Shown: piece after piece, positions 28,319-41,089 of the stretch
Numbering within the stretch: position 1 is the stretch's first letter
How the letters are laid out: every line of letters starts with the position of its first letter
Origin: Vicugna vicugna
Taxonomy: Eukaryota
NCBI GenBank assembly: GCA_013265495.1
Contig: MU057503.1
Coordinates: forward strand, 310,001 to 374,000
Direction of reading: 5' to 3'
DNA length: 64,000 bases
Notes under the pieces: generated by a model
What the model saw: only the letters and a program-made list of their open reading frames with translations
The model's database searches: none
Told to the model about the DNA's origin: nothing
Program-made: the position numbers and the translations under genes

Positions 28319-28513
28319 CATCAGGAATTTAGTTTCCTTCTCAAAGAAAGGGTGTGTCCTCTTGTGATAAAGCTCTTTTCTCCAAATATAAAGTTCAGAC
28401 AAGGTTCCAGCACTTCATCTTCTCCAGCACCAGTTGAAAAACCGTATTTTCCTATCTGCATGCGTTTGCTGAGAGTGGTATCTGTTCTGATTAAGCAATT
28501 TTACAGTCTTTTG
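28319..28513 (+). CDS. MON2: MON2 exon 8 (195 nt): [20 protein letters not shown]...QFYSLL
   Basis: aatag|CATCAG...CTTTTG|gtaagt; overlaps ORF 28352..28549. Confidence 0.96.
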
Positions 28514-29734
28514 GTAAGTGCTAATTTTCGTAAATGTTTGTGTGTGTAACTGCTTGAAATCTCTTCTTAGATGATTTATTATAGTGTGTTTAGCTTTTTT
28601 ACTTCAGTTATGTGGATCTTTTTTTTTTTTTAGTACATACAGGTATTCTCCTAGGTACCCAAAAGATTCATTCCTTCCTTTCTTGAATCTTTCTTATGTT
28701 ACATGGTATTTTTCATTTATGGCAAGAAGAATCATGGCCGGTTATAAGATTTGGTGAATTTTAGTATTAGAAATCAATTTTTACTTTCAGTCCAATATTG
28801 TATCTATTTTGTATAAATTTATGGAAGCAGGATATGTTGTGATACTCCTGATCATAGTTCTATCGATGTAATGGTTTACTCTTAAACATTTAAATAATAT
28901 TTTTCAGAGAAAATGGTGTATTATATTTCTTTTTAATTTTATGTTAAATTCATTGTATAAATTTTAATATTTATGTCCTTAATTTTAATTAACAAAAATA
29001 GTTGTTGATCATCTGCTGTGAAAAGTCAATAAGCTAAATGTTAGAGATAACCAGCAACATTACAAACTATTGGATAGTATAGGTAGTTAAAGTAAATTCC
29101 GTGGAGACCTTTTTAAAATAAAGTTTTTTTCCTATATATGTTACACTTGTCATAGATTTTCTTTTCATATTCCAAATTAATTTATGCAAAATGCATTCAG
29201 AAATAATCTTTATAAGGACTGTAGTTATTATTTCTGGCTACATAAGATACATCTATAATACGCATTGTTGTCTTTAATACTTTGTTTGGAAATACCGTAA
29301 GGAATCAAGTCATTTCAGAATATATTGCTATTTAAGGAACGTAAGCAATCGGGGTTTGGTGCCAAAGGTTTGAGTCTTTTGATATACTCAAAATTGTTGG
29401 CTTGGACTTTTTTGTTGTAACTTTTTGAAAATTACAAACCATGTTCCCCACAACATGCAGAGTATTTGATATAATTTCCAATAGTTATATTTAATTGAAA
29501 AATCAAGACTTTGTTGTCTAATTATATACAATTAAAATGGAGGGAAATTCTTTGAGTCTTTACATGGGTGAAATTTTAGAAATTTTGAAAGGTCAGCTTG
29601 CATTTGCCGAAAGTAAACGAAAAGTAGGTTAGTTTCTCCAAAGGTGGAAAGCTTATACCTGTCGGCTGTTATATTTTCTGTATTGTATTTGTTTATAGTC
29701 TGTTTGTGGAGAAGCTTTTAAAAAATGTAAACCA

Positions 29735-30430
29735 GAGTGACAAAATGGTGGGATAGGAAGCTCCAGGCACTCTGTGCCCTGTGGAGACACCAGCTTATTG
29801 ATGTACAGACCAGATTGCTTTTGTAAGAACTTTAGAAACCAGTTTAGAAATTACAGCACCCAGGCAAGTACAAGGCCAAGTAAAGGTTCATTAGAGTGGG
29901 TAGGAAAGCCATAGCAGTTACCGGATATACCTCATCCCACTCCTGGCACAGCACAGCATGGTATGGTCAAGAGAAAACTCCCAATCTAGGGCTTCTCCTT
30001 CATGTGGGAAAGAAGGATGAAATGTGCAACCAGCGCTCTGACTTGTGGGGGTACTGCTCAAGGGACTTATTTTTGTCTTATCCAACTCTTGGACACTGAC
30101 AAGAAGGGCAGCAACACACTTGGGTGCCTGAGGACCAGCTGAGAACAAAGGCAAGCCCTGTGGCTTGCTGCAGCACCAGGGAGGTTGTAGTAACACAGGC
30201 AGACACCAGGGGAAGCACGGATACCTAGGCTGGTACAGCACCACAGGCTGCAGTACTCCAGACAGACACAAGAGGGAGCTCCAGAGTAGAAACAAGCACA
30301 CGCAAGCCCAGGGAAGACACGTTGACAGAAAAAACTATATCCAAGAATACTACATACAGCAAAACTTTCCTTCAAAAATGAAGGAGAAGTGAAGACTTCC
30401 CAAAATGAATAAAAACTGAGTTTATTACAT
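29735..30430 (+). mobile_element. L1 5'UTR fragment joined to an ORF1 C-terminal remnant
   Basis: caaaatggtgggataggaagctccagg start; 30340-30427 reads approximately PRILHTAKLSFKNEGEVKT...KLSL. Confidence 0.65.
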
Positions 30431-30747
30431 GTGACGAAGCCAAATATGTATCACTTCACTCCTTATTTCCTAAGTATTATCCGAGTTGTCTTAGGCGGGC
30501 TTATGTCTTGTCCCTCTCTAAATGCAGGTTTAACTAATTAAATTAACATAAGGTTGTAGGAGTAGAAGACATCGCTCCTTTTCCTTTTCCTAGCCACTAG
30601 TCAGTAATGGAGAGTCAAGTCTCTCTTCTGTTCTCCACCATAATGCAGCATGCTTACATCCTCAGCATAATCAATGCAGAATTCACATTTTGTTTCTGTC
30701 CCTGAATCAAGAATTACCAACTTAACTATCTTTTATGTTTATAAAAC

Positions 30748-31104
30748 TCGGTGCTGAATTGTTTCCCTTCAGAATTTATATGTTGAAGCTGTAACCTCCT
30801 CTTTGATGGTATTTGGAGACGGGATCTTTAGGAGATAATTAGATTAGATGAGGTCATGAAGATAGGGCTGCCAGGATAGAGTTACTGACCATATATGAAG
30901 AGACACTAGAGAGCGTGCTTGCTCTCTCTCTGCTGTGTGAGGACACAGTGGTAAGGCAGCCAGAAAGAGAGCTCTCACCAGAGCCCGACCATGCTGGCAC
31001 CCTGATGTCAGGTTTGCAGCCTCCAGAACTGTGAGAAATAAATTTTCGTTGTCTAAGCCACGCAGTCTACAGTATTATGTTATGGCAGCCCAAGATGACT
31101 AAGC
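30748..31104 (+). mobile_element. MLT1A-like MaLR solo LTR
   Basis: ctgaattgtttccc...atatgttgaagct...gatggtatttggag; cctccagaactgtgagaaataaatt...ttatggcagcccaagatgactaag. Confidence 0.85.
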
Positions 31105-31994
31105 ACTTGGTTTCTGTCCATCAGTTCTGGTATCTAGCAGTTCATCCAGTGACTTTTTCAGGGATCAGATACCTTATTCCGTAGTAATTTCCATTTTGGG
31201 TGAAATTGCTGTCATTGTGTGCATAGATCCTGGATACTACACAGTGCTTTTACATTTATTAATTCATGTAGACTTTACTACAACCCTATAAAGCAGGTAC
31301 TCATTTTTATTTTACAACTGAAAAAATGACGCTCAGGATATTTATATAATTTACCTGGGATCATATGGTGTATAAGCTGAAGAGCTGGGATGTTGAGTAC
31401 TTCTGTTAGACCCCCACATGCACGCTCTTAACCCCACTGCATTTTATGCTTTACTGTTTTCTTAATTCTCATTTCTTCCCCTCTCCAAGGCTGCCAGTGC
31501 CAAGTTTTTTGTACTGCTCCTATCCCATTCTCCCTATTTTGACCTTAGTCTCCTCGATTTAGGGGGCAGAATGAGGAGAGAGAACAGCACAGCCAGCTGC
31601 AGAAAAGATTGAATGTTAGTGCCTAAAAGAAGAAAAAGACCTACTCTGTACTTCACTCATCGTTTGGGAGTGATGACCAACTGGTAAAACTGCCCTTCAC
31701 AACAAGGCAGCTCTAGGGCGGTGTTACAAGGATGAATTCTTCAGATGTATATAAGATATTAATTCCTCAGCATTATAATTTGTTAGATTGAAACTTAATT
31801 CATTAGTATGGGACAGTCCAGGTAGTCTAGTTTCTCCAAGGGCAAAAGTTAAAAAAGTGTGGTAGTTGTCGGGTGAGATATGTGAGTGACGTGGAATGCT
31901 TCTCTCTTATTTTTCTTGCGTTTTCTTTATTTAAACCTGAAAATGATATGTCTCTTAAAGGACATACCAGAATAGTAATTCTTATACTTTTCAG

Positions 31995-33322
31995 ATGTAG
32001 GGCCTCTCAGTAAAAATACTGAGGAGGTTTTGTTTATGTGGATTATTTCTGTCATTATTTACTGTATTAAAAATTAAGTCTGAGATGATACTGAAACCCA
32101 TTACATGTTAACATAAAAATAAAATTTGTTTTTGTGAAGAATCCGTATATTTTCCAAAGAACAAAAAAGCATTGTTTTGTGTTTTTTGCAAACCTCTTTA
32201 GTGCCTGGCTTAATAGAAGATGGCTGGATTCTCATACTTTCTTTTTGTTTCATTATTTTGTGATATGTTGTTTCAGTCAAAGCATCTGTCCTCACAATGA
32301 TACGTAGTTGGAAAAGGCAGAATTATTTCAGTGGCCTTTTCAGTTAATAGTGGATATTCTTTGATATTACACCAAACTGAACCAGTGACGCTTTAAAAGT
32401 GTAGAATCTGAGACCATATTAATGACATTTTTATACTCTGTTACCTTAAAATTCATTGATTCATCTTGTGCTTTGTTTTTTTTAACCCATGCATGATTTT
32501 GTAGTATTATTTTAGTTGTGCAGATATTCCAAATGTTAACACTTTATACAGTACCAAAAATGACGTATGTTAATATCAGCAACCATTTATCAGAAAAATC
32601 TTCTGTTATTAAGATGCTATCAAGGTCACAGAAGCAGATACAAATTTTCCAAAATTCTAATTTTTGTTTGAAAGCTTCAGTCTTACCATTGGTAATAAAT
32701 ACTGTCAGTTGTTTCCCCTAAAGTGACAGGTTTATTTTGTTAATTTTTGATAAAATGTCTCTAATATGCACAAGTGTAAATAGTCATAGTTTGCCATTCG
32801 CTCTTTCAGTTAAAATGACTTCCATAGGGGAAAAAAGTGACTAGGTCAGTTCTCAGTGGTGCTTTTCCTCCAAACAACCATTGTACTTTGATACACAGCA
32901 AAAGTGCTTCACGTGTACTTCCCATTTTGTTGCGCAGAAAATTAAAAAGACATGCATGTATGGGTCACATATAATAAATTCAGTGATTTGTGTTTTATTT
33001 GTTATTAGTTATTTTAGTCTTGCTCATTGTGATTGTGGTCCTTAAGTGAAACAAATCTTGTATGTGTGTGTGTGTGTGTGTGTATGATGGTGAAGAATAC
33101 AATGACACTAGAACAGTTTGGTGCTGCTGCCTTGATTCTTGCTAAAGCACCATCTGTTTTACCCACCATTGTTTTGAATCATCAATACAAATGTCAATAT
33201 GTTAAAAATGGCAAGTAGTATCTTAGCATTATTATAGAAGTAATTATGATGTTACAGATGCCCTGCAACGGTTGCAGGGACCCCCAGAGGTCCATGGACC
33301 CCACTTCTGGGACCATTGCACT
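31995..33322. mobile_element. Charlie1-like hAT DNA transposon relic
   Basis: tggcttaatagaagatggctggattctcata; ends gggacccccagaggtccatggaccccacttctgggaccattg. Confidence 0.7.
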
Positions 33323-33559
33323 GGAGAATCAGTGTTCTCCGCCAGTATTCACCAGCTTATCTCATATTCTATCAAGTAACTCAGAGGTGAAGATAACTAA
33401 TCTTCTGTTAATACATCTAGAGTAACTAGAGGAAATAGAATGCCCAGTCATTCAGGTACAGAGATAATAGAGCTAGCACACAATATTTTTCCCACTTTCT
33501 ATCATCTGAGCTGGGTGCTTTTCTGTCCTCTAAAACACTTAGCCTCCATGCCCAGAGAT

Positions 33560-34210
33560 CTCTTTTAAGAAGTTACCTGTAAGAAATTCATTAAAGATAC
33601 CTCCTAATTTTCAAAACTTAGTTATAAATGGCTAACATGTCTCCATTCTACCTTTGACTTACTACTTTTAAAGAAATGAATGGACTAAATGGCTCGTGCA
33701 GTTTAATTTTCCACTTCTTTACAAATATTTCTCTAACAGTGGATCTTAATACTAACAAGTCTATCATCTATAAGGTTGTTAACTCTAACCATCCCCTGAG
33801 AAATAAATTCCTGCATTTAAGAATTCTACCAGACTTTCTTCATTGTCTCCTAAGCCAACAGTTATCATATGTATATGATTTCTTATCAGGTATCTGTGTG
33901 ATATTTCAGTGAGAATTTCCGACAGGATGACTGATTCATCTTAAGCATTAGTTGTCTCCTGACTATTACCTGCTACCAAAGGACTAGAGGAATTCACGCA
34001 CATTCATCACTGTTCATGCTAGTATAATGGAGTTCATGAAGTATCTTTGTGCCATGAGAACTGGACTTAGGCCATAGATACCTGTGTCATGTGAGTGCAA
34101 CCCCGTGGGGGAAAGGCTTTACTTAGATTCATAATAGGCATCTTCCATTGATATCCTTGAGAACAATTCATTGTCCTCAGCCACGACTTCTCTGATCAGA
34201 CTTTCACACT
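33560..34210 (-). mobile_element. Possible very old CR1/L3-like reverse transcriptase relic
   Basis: Minus-strand translation gives EKSWL...IMNLSKAF (resembling GKSCL...YLDFSKAF), then RRQ... and G-V-N..DDR-like pieces in CR1 RT order, with frameshifts. Confidence 0.35.
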
Positions 34211-35906
34211 TGGCAAGCAGGGAGGAAGCGAGAGCAAAGCTCCAGACCTCAGGAGAAAGGCTCTTTTACCCAAATCACAAGACTTCAGTGGCTACAGTAT
34301 AAACTGAGTGATTGTTTGATTTGTACTGTCGTCACTTTTTCATAGGAGGAGAAATGAGAGGAAACTCTTCAAGGCAGGTTTTATAACATTAATCTTTCCT
34401 TTGGCTGTGATACACTTGATGTTTCTGAGCGACTTTATTTCCTGGCCTCAAAACCTAACTGGTGAGCCTTCTTCAATTCTATGATTACGTTTACATTCCA
34501 CTTTCCCTCTAAAACAGATCATACACATTTTGAAGGACCTACTCCTGTTAAAACTTCAGTAGACACAACTATTGCTCAGTGAGTCACTAGCATGATTCTT
34601 TCTCAGTTCTTTACTAAAAAGGAGTATTTTATTTAGAAAAAACAATAAGCACTCTGTACTTACGTGTCACTATGTCATGTTTAGGGGGCGTTTTCTTACA
34701 TTTTCCTCATTTGATTTCTCAGAAGGTTGCAGATACTTTTATCCTTTATTTATAAGAAAGTTACCTTGCTTGTCATCTGCAAAGTTGGTGGATAAAGAGG
34801 CTGAGTCGTGTTTTCTGATCTAGTGCTTTTTGACCATATCAAGTTTAGGACAGTGACAAACCTCTGCATTATGACTTCCCCAGTCATAGCAGTCTAAGGA
34901 TAAATTGCTTTTAGTTCTCCCTCCTACTCTATCTTCATGTCCTATTTTTAAATATCTTTTAAAGACATTAGAACATACCAACTGCTAAAACTTTGGGCTA
35001 AACTCCTGAGGGCTCCTCTGTTCTCGAAATTCCTTGCCCCACATTATGGTCACTCTTTGGGGCACCCCCAGCTAAAACGTCTAATAACTTGCTGTGCCTG
35101 ATAAAGAAGTAAGATTCAGTTTGGCCTAGTGATCACAATGTCAGGTTAATTCTTATCTTTCAGAGGTCCTGCTGTGTCCTCAACTAATATGTGACAGAAA
35201 CAATCCATTAACCTTTGAATTAACTGGTTACTTTTTGTTTGTTCACTCAGTCATCAGATATTTAATAAGTAATGTTGAGAATGTGAAATAAAATTTGAGA
35301 AATAAAGAATAAATATTCTTTATTTCCAAAGTGCTTGCAGAGGAGATGGTTTATATTAATAACAAAGGTAATAACTAATACTTAATAAAGCAAAACTATG
35401 CACCAAGCCTTGTTCTTAGTACTTTGTGTGTCCTACACCTGTCAACTGCTACAGGTTCCTTCTTGTTTTCCTACTAGAAAATAAATGCCAAACATTCTTT
35501 GGCTTATTGCCTCTTTGCTTCTTAAGCAACGCAAGAACATACAGAAAAAGCTTTGTGGTATTACTGAAGGGTAGAGCATACATGATACATGCCGCCTTCC
35601 AGGAATGAGGGTGGCATGATGATGCATTGTGCTTTCTCAAGGATAAGGATGAAACCATGTTGGAAGATCACTGGTGTGAGTTTTCGATGATGTATTTAGA
35701 GAGACACTGATTATTTTTACTGTTAGCTTTTCCATACGTAAGTTCTTTTCCCTTCCTTTCTTTTTCTCTGCTCCTCATTACAAATGATAATTTATTTAAA
35801 ATTTTAAGATTTTGTTGGTTTGTCTATAGCACTAAGTTAAAAACAAGAATGTAATTTATAGTTCTTAGATTTAAAGAAATATTATTACAAATCTTGTATT
35901 TTTTAG

Positions 35907-36031
35907 GTAACTGAATGTGAAATATTTCTGTCACTTCTGGTGAAATTTCTGGATGCAGATAAACCGCAGTGGCTACGAGCTGTTGCAGTGGAATCGATAC
36001 ACAGACTCTGTGTGCAGCCTCAGCTATTGAG
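35907..36031 (+). CDS. MON2: MON2 exon 9 (125 nt): [29 protein letters not shown]...QPQLL
   Basis: ttttag|GTAACT...TTGAG|gtagaa. Confidence 0.95.
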
Positions 36032-36397
36032 GTAGAACCTTCGCAATATTTTGTTAAATGGATAGGATAATATTTATGCTGGTAGGAAGGGTTCTAAACA
36101 AAGAAAATTGTGTGTTGTATGTAGATGGAGGGGTGTAGGTGTGGGCAAAAAGTGTGGTTAGTGATTGCCCTCAATTGAATTTACTGAGTTAAAATGGGCA
36201 AGATAATTTTTTTCTAAGAACATTGACCTCAGTCTGAACCTTTGTCCAGAGTTAGTAAAATCACTTAGGTGTGATGAAGAAGTTTTTAAAGTATTGCACT
36301 GAGACTGATTTATCAACATCACTTGCTATTTAAAAATGTTTGAAAATTTTAATATGTTCAAATATTTTCTCCAGAAACATTTAAAATTATTTTACAG

Positions 36398-36534
36398 GTC
36401 ATTTTGTCAGTCGTATGATATGAAACAGCATTCTACCAAGGTTTTTCGTGATATTGTGAATGCACTGGGATCTTTTATCCAGTCCTTGTTTCTTGTCCCT
36501 CCTACTGGAAATCCTGCTACAACAAACCAAGCTG
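36398..36534 (+). CDS. MON2: MON2 exon 10 (137 nt): [16 protein letters not shown]...ATTNQA
   Basis: tttacag|GTCATT...GCTG|gtaaag; inside ORF 36336..36575. Confidence 0.95.
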
Positions 36535-37235
36535 GTAAAGGCTTATCGTATTTTGGTTTTTATATTCTGCTGTAATTTACAATATTCGCTACTCTGAGAT
36601 GATATTTCATAGAAATCCTGTGACTAGAGAATTGGGGTTACCTAAATGTATGCATTTATAATATTTTATTGTATTTCTTTATAATATTTTGTATTTTATA
36701 TGTAAGTGTAAAGACTTACACTTAAAGAATAGTTTCATCCCACTGAGGCAGCTGTGCATATTTCTTTCCAGAGTGTATTTTCTTCTCTTACATACTTTCA
36801 GTTCCTCTAATTACATAAGAACAAAAGTTTAGATGCTAATCTTCATTTTAGAATCAGTCTTCTTTGGTACTTCTCTTTAAAGACTGTGGTTACTACCTTA
36901 GGACTATTCATCATTCTTCTAAAAAAACGAGTAAATGTGATTTAAGTTTGGAACTCAATACATAGCTTCTTGTTCCCTTTAACTTCTCTTCTACTTTTTC
37001 CTCTGTGATTAGTGGTCCTTTTTATCCTTTATTCCCACCTCTGATAAAAAGTGATTTAACCAAAGGTATTTTATAAAGTTTGTCAGTATTTTTCTTTATT
37101 AGTATGTTTTATATAGAGAAGGAAATGATGTTTTGGGGAAACAGGGAGACTCTACAGTAGCTGAAACAGGACTGATAAATTTCATTTATTTGTGCAATAT
37201 CCAGTCCAATAGCTTAATTTTTGAAAAATTGATCA

Positions 37236-37390
37236 GGGGGAGGGTGTAGCTCAGTGGTAGAGTGCATGCTTAGCATGCACAAGGTCCTGGGTTCAACCCC
37301 CAGTACCTCCACTAAAATATGAAATAAAAAATTAATTAAAAAATACATAAAGAAACCTAATTACCTCCCCCAAAACAAAAACAAAAAAAA
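37236..37390 (+). mobile_element. tRNA-Ala(AGC)-derived SINE, camelid Vic-1-like (copy 1)
   Basis: GGGGGAGGGTGTAGCTCAGTGGTAGAG...CTTAGCATGCAC...GGTTCAACCCCCAGTACCTCCA + A-rich spacer + AAACCTAATTACCTCCCC + A tail. Confidence 0.85.
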
Positions 37391-37479
37391 TTTTTTTTAA
37401 TTGGCCAAGTGTTTGAATATTATGGATTTGTAATTAAGCAGTAAGTTGGTATCTTTGCTCTCTTTCCCGTATCTAACAG

Positions 37480-37633
37480 GAAACAGTAATCCGGGCGGCC
37501 CTGTTTCAGCACCGGCTAACTCAGGAATGCTGGGGATTGGTGGAGGTGTTACTTTGCTACCAGCGTTCGAATATAGAGGAACTTGGATACCTATCCTGAC
37601 TGTGACAGTGCAAGGCAGTGCTAAAGCAACCTA
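37480..37633 (+). CDS. MON2: MON2 exon 11 (154 nt): [15 protein letters not shown]...QGSAKAT
   Basis: ctaacag|GAAAC...ACCTA|gtaagt; Tyr codon split TA|C with exon 12. Confidence 0.95.
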
Positions 37634-38972
37634 GTAAGTAGTGGTCACATTGCTTTGTAAGGAGTGGTGTTGTTGGGGACTACGCTTTATCCTGAAGTGT
37701 TTCTCTCTGCATTATATTTTAAATTTTAGACCTACTATTTCTAACATGTTCAAGAACTAATTTTATTTTGTCATATTTTGAGAATTTTATCTAGGACTGG
37801 ATTTTGTTTGTTTTCTTTTGTACTATTTGAAGGCTATTAACGGCATTATAAAGCAGAACGTGTTTTCTTTACCTAAGGTCCTATTCGGCTATACTGTACA
37901 GATTTTTGATTTAAGTATGTGGCTTGATTTCAGGGCTTTGGACTTAGGTCTTTTGATACTGAGTTACCGTCAGCAAATTAGTTTTTAAAAATCTCAGTTT
38001 CCTCAACTGTAAAATGGGAGTAATGATATATCTATCTTTCAGGATTCTGTATGTGAAAACAGTTAAGTGTTTAGCTAATCACCTTGTTAGGATTTAATAC
38101 ATGGAACTTTTAGTTTAATTAATTAAAAGCATTCAATGGATTCCACATGTGTTATTTAAAATTTTTTTGTCGTTGACCATTTCAGTTTAACAAATACATA
38201 TGTAGCAGTGTACTGCTGATTTTTCTTTAGTAAGTCTTAGTGAAATGTAGTGCTTACAGAGATGAAGCAGCCAATACTACATAGGTTTAACGTTGCCGCA
38301 GTAACTGAGGCAGTTAATTCATATATTTTGAGTAATTGATATGCATCATCACAACACTGTTCAGTGACAGTGAATCAAGACTTAAAGTGTGAAGCAGAAT
38401 CTCTGACTAGTTTAAAACATGAATTTGTATGTTATGTCAGTCTGTGTTGTATCATCACTATGATATTTTACTGTGCAGCTTTATTTTGCCTAATATTGTA
38501 AAAAAGAGTCATAGAGGACTGAAATATTGTTATTCTTAGCCATCTGAAAGATATTAAAGTTACTAATGTCTCATGAAGGCTTTGCCTTGCTCCAGAGACT
38601 AATGACTCGAGTACACTGAGTATCAAGTTGTAAAAGAATCAGATTTCTAGTACTGAAGGAGACAGTAATAATTATCTTTTTCATCTCCCCACCTCATTTT
38701 TTAAATTGAAACAATTCCAGCACAAAACAAAATTGCTGCACTTGTGGAGCTTACATTTTGGTAATTGAGATGGTCAATAAATAAATACACGAACAAACAC
38801 GTAGTATCACCTTGAGTATGGTTAATTTGGAGGAAAAAGCAGAATTCTAAGGGAATGGAGAAGGACCAAGATCAAGATAGGAACAGAAAGGATTTATCTG
38901 AGGAAATAAGATTAAGCAAAGATATAATTCAAGGGAAAGAGTGAGGATGTGTGATTGAAGAAGAAAAATAAA

Positions 38973-40040
38973 AACATTGCTAATTATCAGAGAAATGCAA
39001 ATCAAAACTACAAAGAGGTATCACCTCACACCAATCAGAATGGCCATCATTAAAAGTCCACAAATGACAAATGCTGGAGAGGCTGTGGAGAAAAGGGAAC
39101 CCTCCTACACTGTTGGTGGGAATGTACTTTGGTGCAGCCACTATGGAAAACAGGAGGGAGATTCCTTAAAATTTTTAAGAAAATTAAACTAAAAATGGAT
39201 TTACCATATGATCCAGCAGTCCCATTCCTAGACATATATCTGGAGAAAACTCCAGTTTGAAAATATACTCGCACCAGTGTTCATGGCAGCATTAGCAACA
39301 ATAGCCAAGACATGGAAGCAACCTAAATGTCCACTGACAGATGACTGGATAAAGAAGATATGGTGTATACGTACATTGGAATACTACTAGAGATGACTGA
39401 GAAGATATGGTGTATACGTACATTGGAATACTACTCAGCCATAAAAAAGAATGAAATAATGCCATTTGCAGCAGCATGAATGGACCTGGAGATTATCATA
39501 CTAGGTGAAGTAAGTCAGACAGAGAAAGACAAATATCATATGGTATCACTTGTATGTTGGAATCTAAAAAAAAATGACACAAATGAATTGATTTACAAAA
39601 CAGAAACAGAAAACAAATTTATGGGGGAGGGTATAGCTCAAGTGGTAGAGTACATAACATACACAAGGTCCTGGGTGCAATCCCCAGTACTTCCTCTAAA
39701 AATAAATAAATAAGTAAACCTAATTACCTCCCCACTAAAATAAATAAATAAAGTGCAACACATTTGAAAAAAGAAATTTTTTTAAAGAAAATAAATTTAT
39801 GGTTACCAAAGGGGAAAGGGATAAATTGGGATTTTGAGATAAGCAGATATTACTATATATAGGATAGGTAAACAACAGGGTCCTGCTGTATAGCACAGGG
39901 AAGTATATTCAACGACTTGTAATAACTTACAATGAAAAAATATGAAAAAGAATGTAAATATATGTATGACTGAATCACTAAGCTGTACGCCAGAAACTAA
40001 CACAGCATTGTAAATTGACTATACTTCAATTAAAAAACAA
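38973..40040 (+). mobile_element. 5'-truncated L1 (ORF2 C-terminus + 3'UTR), relatively young
   Basis: ORFs 38977..39192 (IIREMQIKTT.RYHLTP.RMAII) and 39480.. (MDLEIIILGEVSQTEKDKYHM); ends ...attgactatacttcaattaaaaaa. Confidence 0.92.
39623..39785 (+). mobile_element. tRNA-derived SINE, Vic-1-like (copy 2), nested in the L1 3'UTR
   Basis: Same head and AAACCTAATTACCTCCC tail as copy 1; flanked by a 17-nt target-site duplication with one mismatch (39608-39624 / 39786-39802). Confidence 0.88.
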
Positions 40041-41089
40041 CAGGACAGTGAATATTTGGCCAAGTTGTACAGTTGCTTTTTTATTAGTAAAAGTCTAGAA
40101 TGAATTGTTTATTGATTATTTACTTGTCATCAATTAAGAGACTTGGATTTTTAACTAGTTCTATTAAATGCGATGATTTTGAGTAGGACACTTCATTTTA
40201 CTTGATCTTAATTTTCTTGAAAACAAGGTTAGGGCTAAATCTCTAAAGGAATATATAAATAATTTTTTTAGTGCTGTACATACTGAGATTATGCATTTCT
40301 GGAATCATTAATAGCCAGAAATTTGGGGGATTCTTTGGTACATGGGTTAGTATGTTCACATTGAGACTTCCCTGTTGAATTGGCATCTTTCATTCATTCA
40401 TTGTAAGGTTTAGTATAAAATGATTTTCACTGTTTTCTTTGAAGGTATACATATAAACCTTAATTATATAGTCAGTTCTTTTATTGACTTCTTAAGTGTG
40501 TAATAATTTGAAAACTTAAGTGCTGTACAGACAAAAGTAGTTTTGACACAGTATTGATGACATTATATTCTTTCAGATTTATTGCACTATGACTCCCTTC
40601 AGAGTTGGATTTGTGGAAGTTTTTGCAGCTTGACCTTAATTTTAAAATATTTAAATAAATGGGTTACATGTTACCTAAAAGTGGTTGTGTAGTAATTATA
40701 ATAAAATAGCTCTGAAACAGGTAAGAAAGTGTAGACTTTGCTTAGTTTGTGTTATAAATAAAAATAAGTATAAGTTACCCTTTTCTCTTAATTATTCTAG
40801 TCCTTACAGTCTATACCATAGAATTTGGAAATTAGTGTTTCTGATATTTAGGATTATTTTATCTGTTTTAGAAGCATTTTCCCAATAAATCATACATTCT
40901 TTGAGAACAGATTTGTATAACGAGATGCTTAGCACTGATTGGTTTAGTATGTGCGTCTATAAGATTATTGGCTTGGCAAAGCTTAACGCCATAAACATTA
41001 CTTCCCCCATTTGAGCTTAAATTTCTTGATCAAAAATGTAAATATATTTTTATTGATTACCTAAATTTTAAAATGCTCAGAGTTGGCAC

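Noticed and set aside
29896..30392. Cluster of overlapping ORFs up to 127 aa on both strands
   Set aside because: Explained by the GC-richer L1 5' relic having few stop codons; no recognisable protein apart from the ORF1 remnant.
35895..35912. AG|GTAACT at the start of exon 9 as a recursive splice site
   Set aside because: GTA ACT is required coding (Val-Thr) and the upstream intron is only about 7.4 kb; no further support.
37632..37637. TAG TAA closing the ORF at the end of exon 11
   Set aside because: The stop is formed only by TA plus the intron's G; splicing gives TAC, so it is not a truncating mutation.
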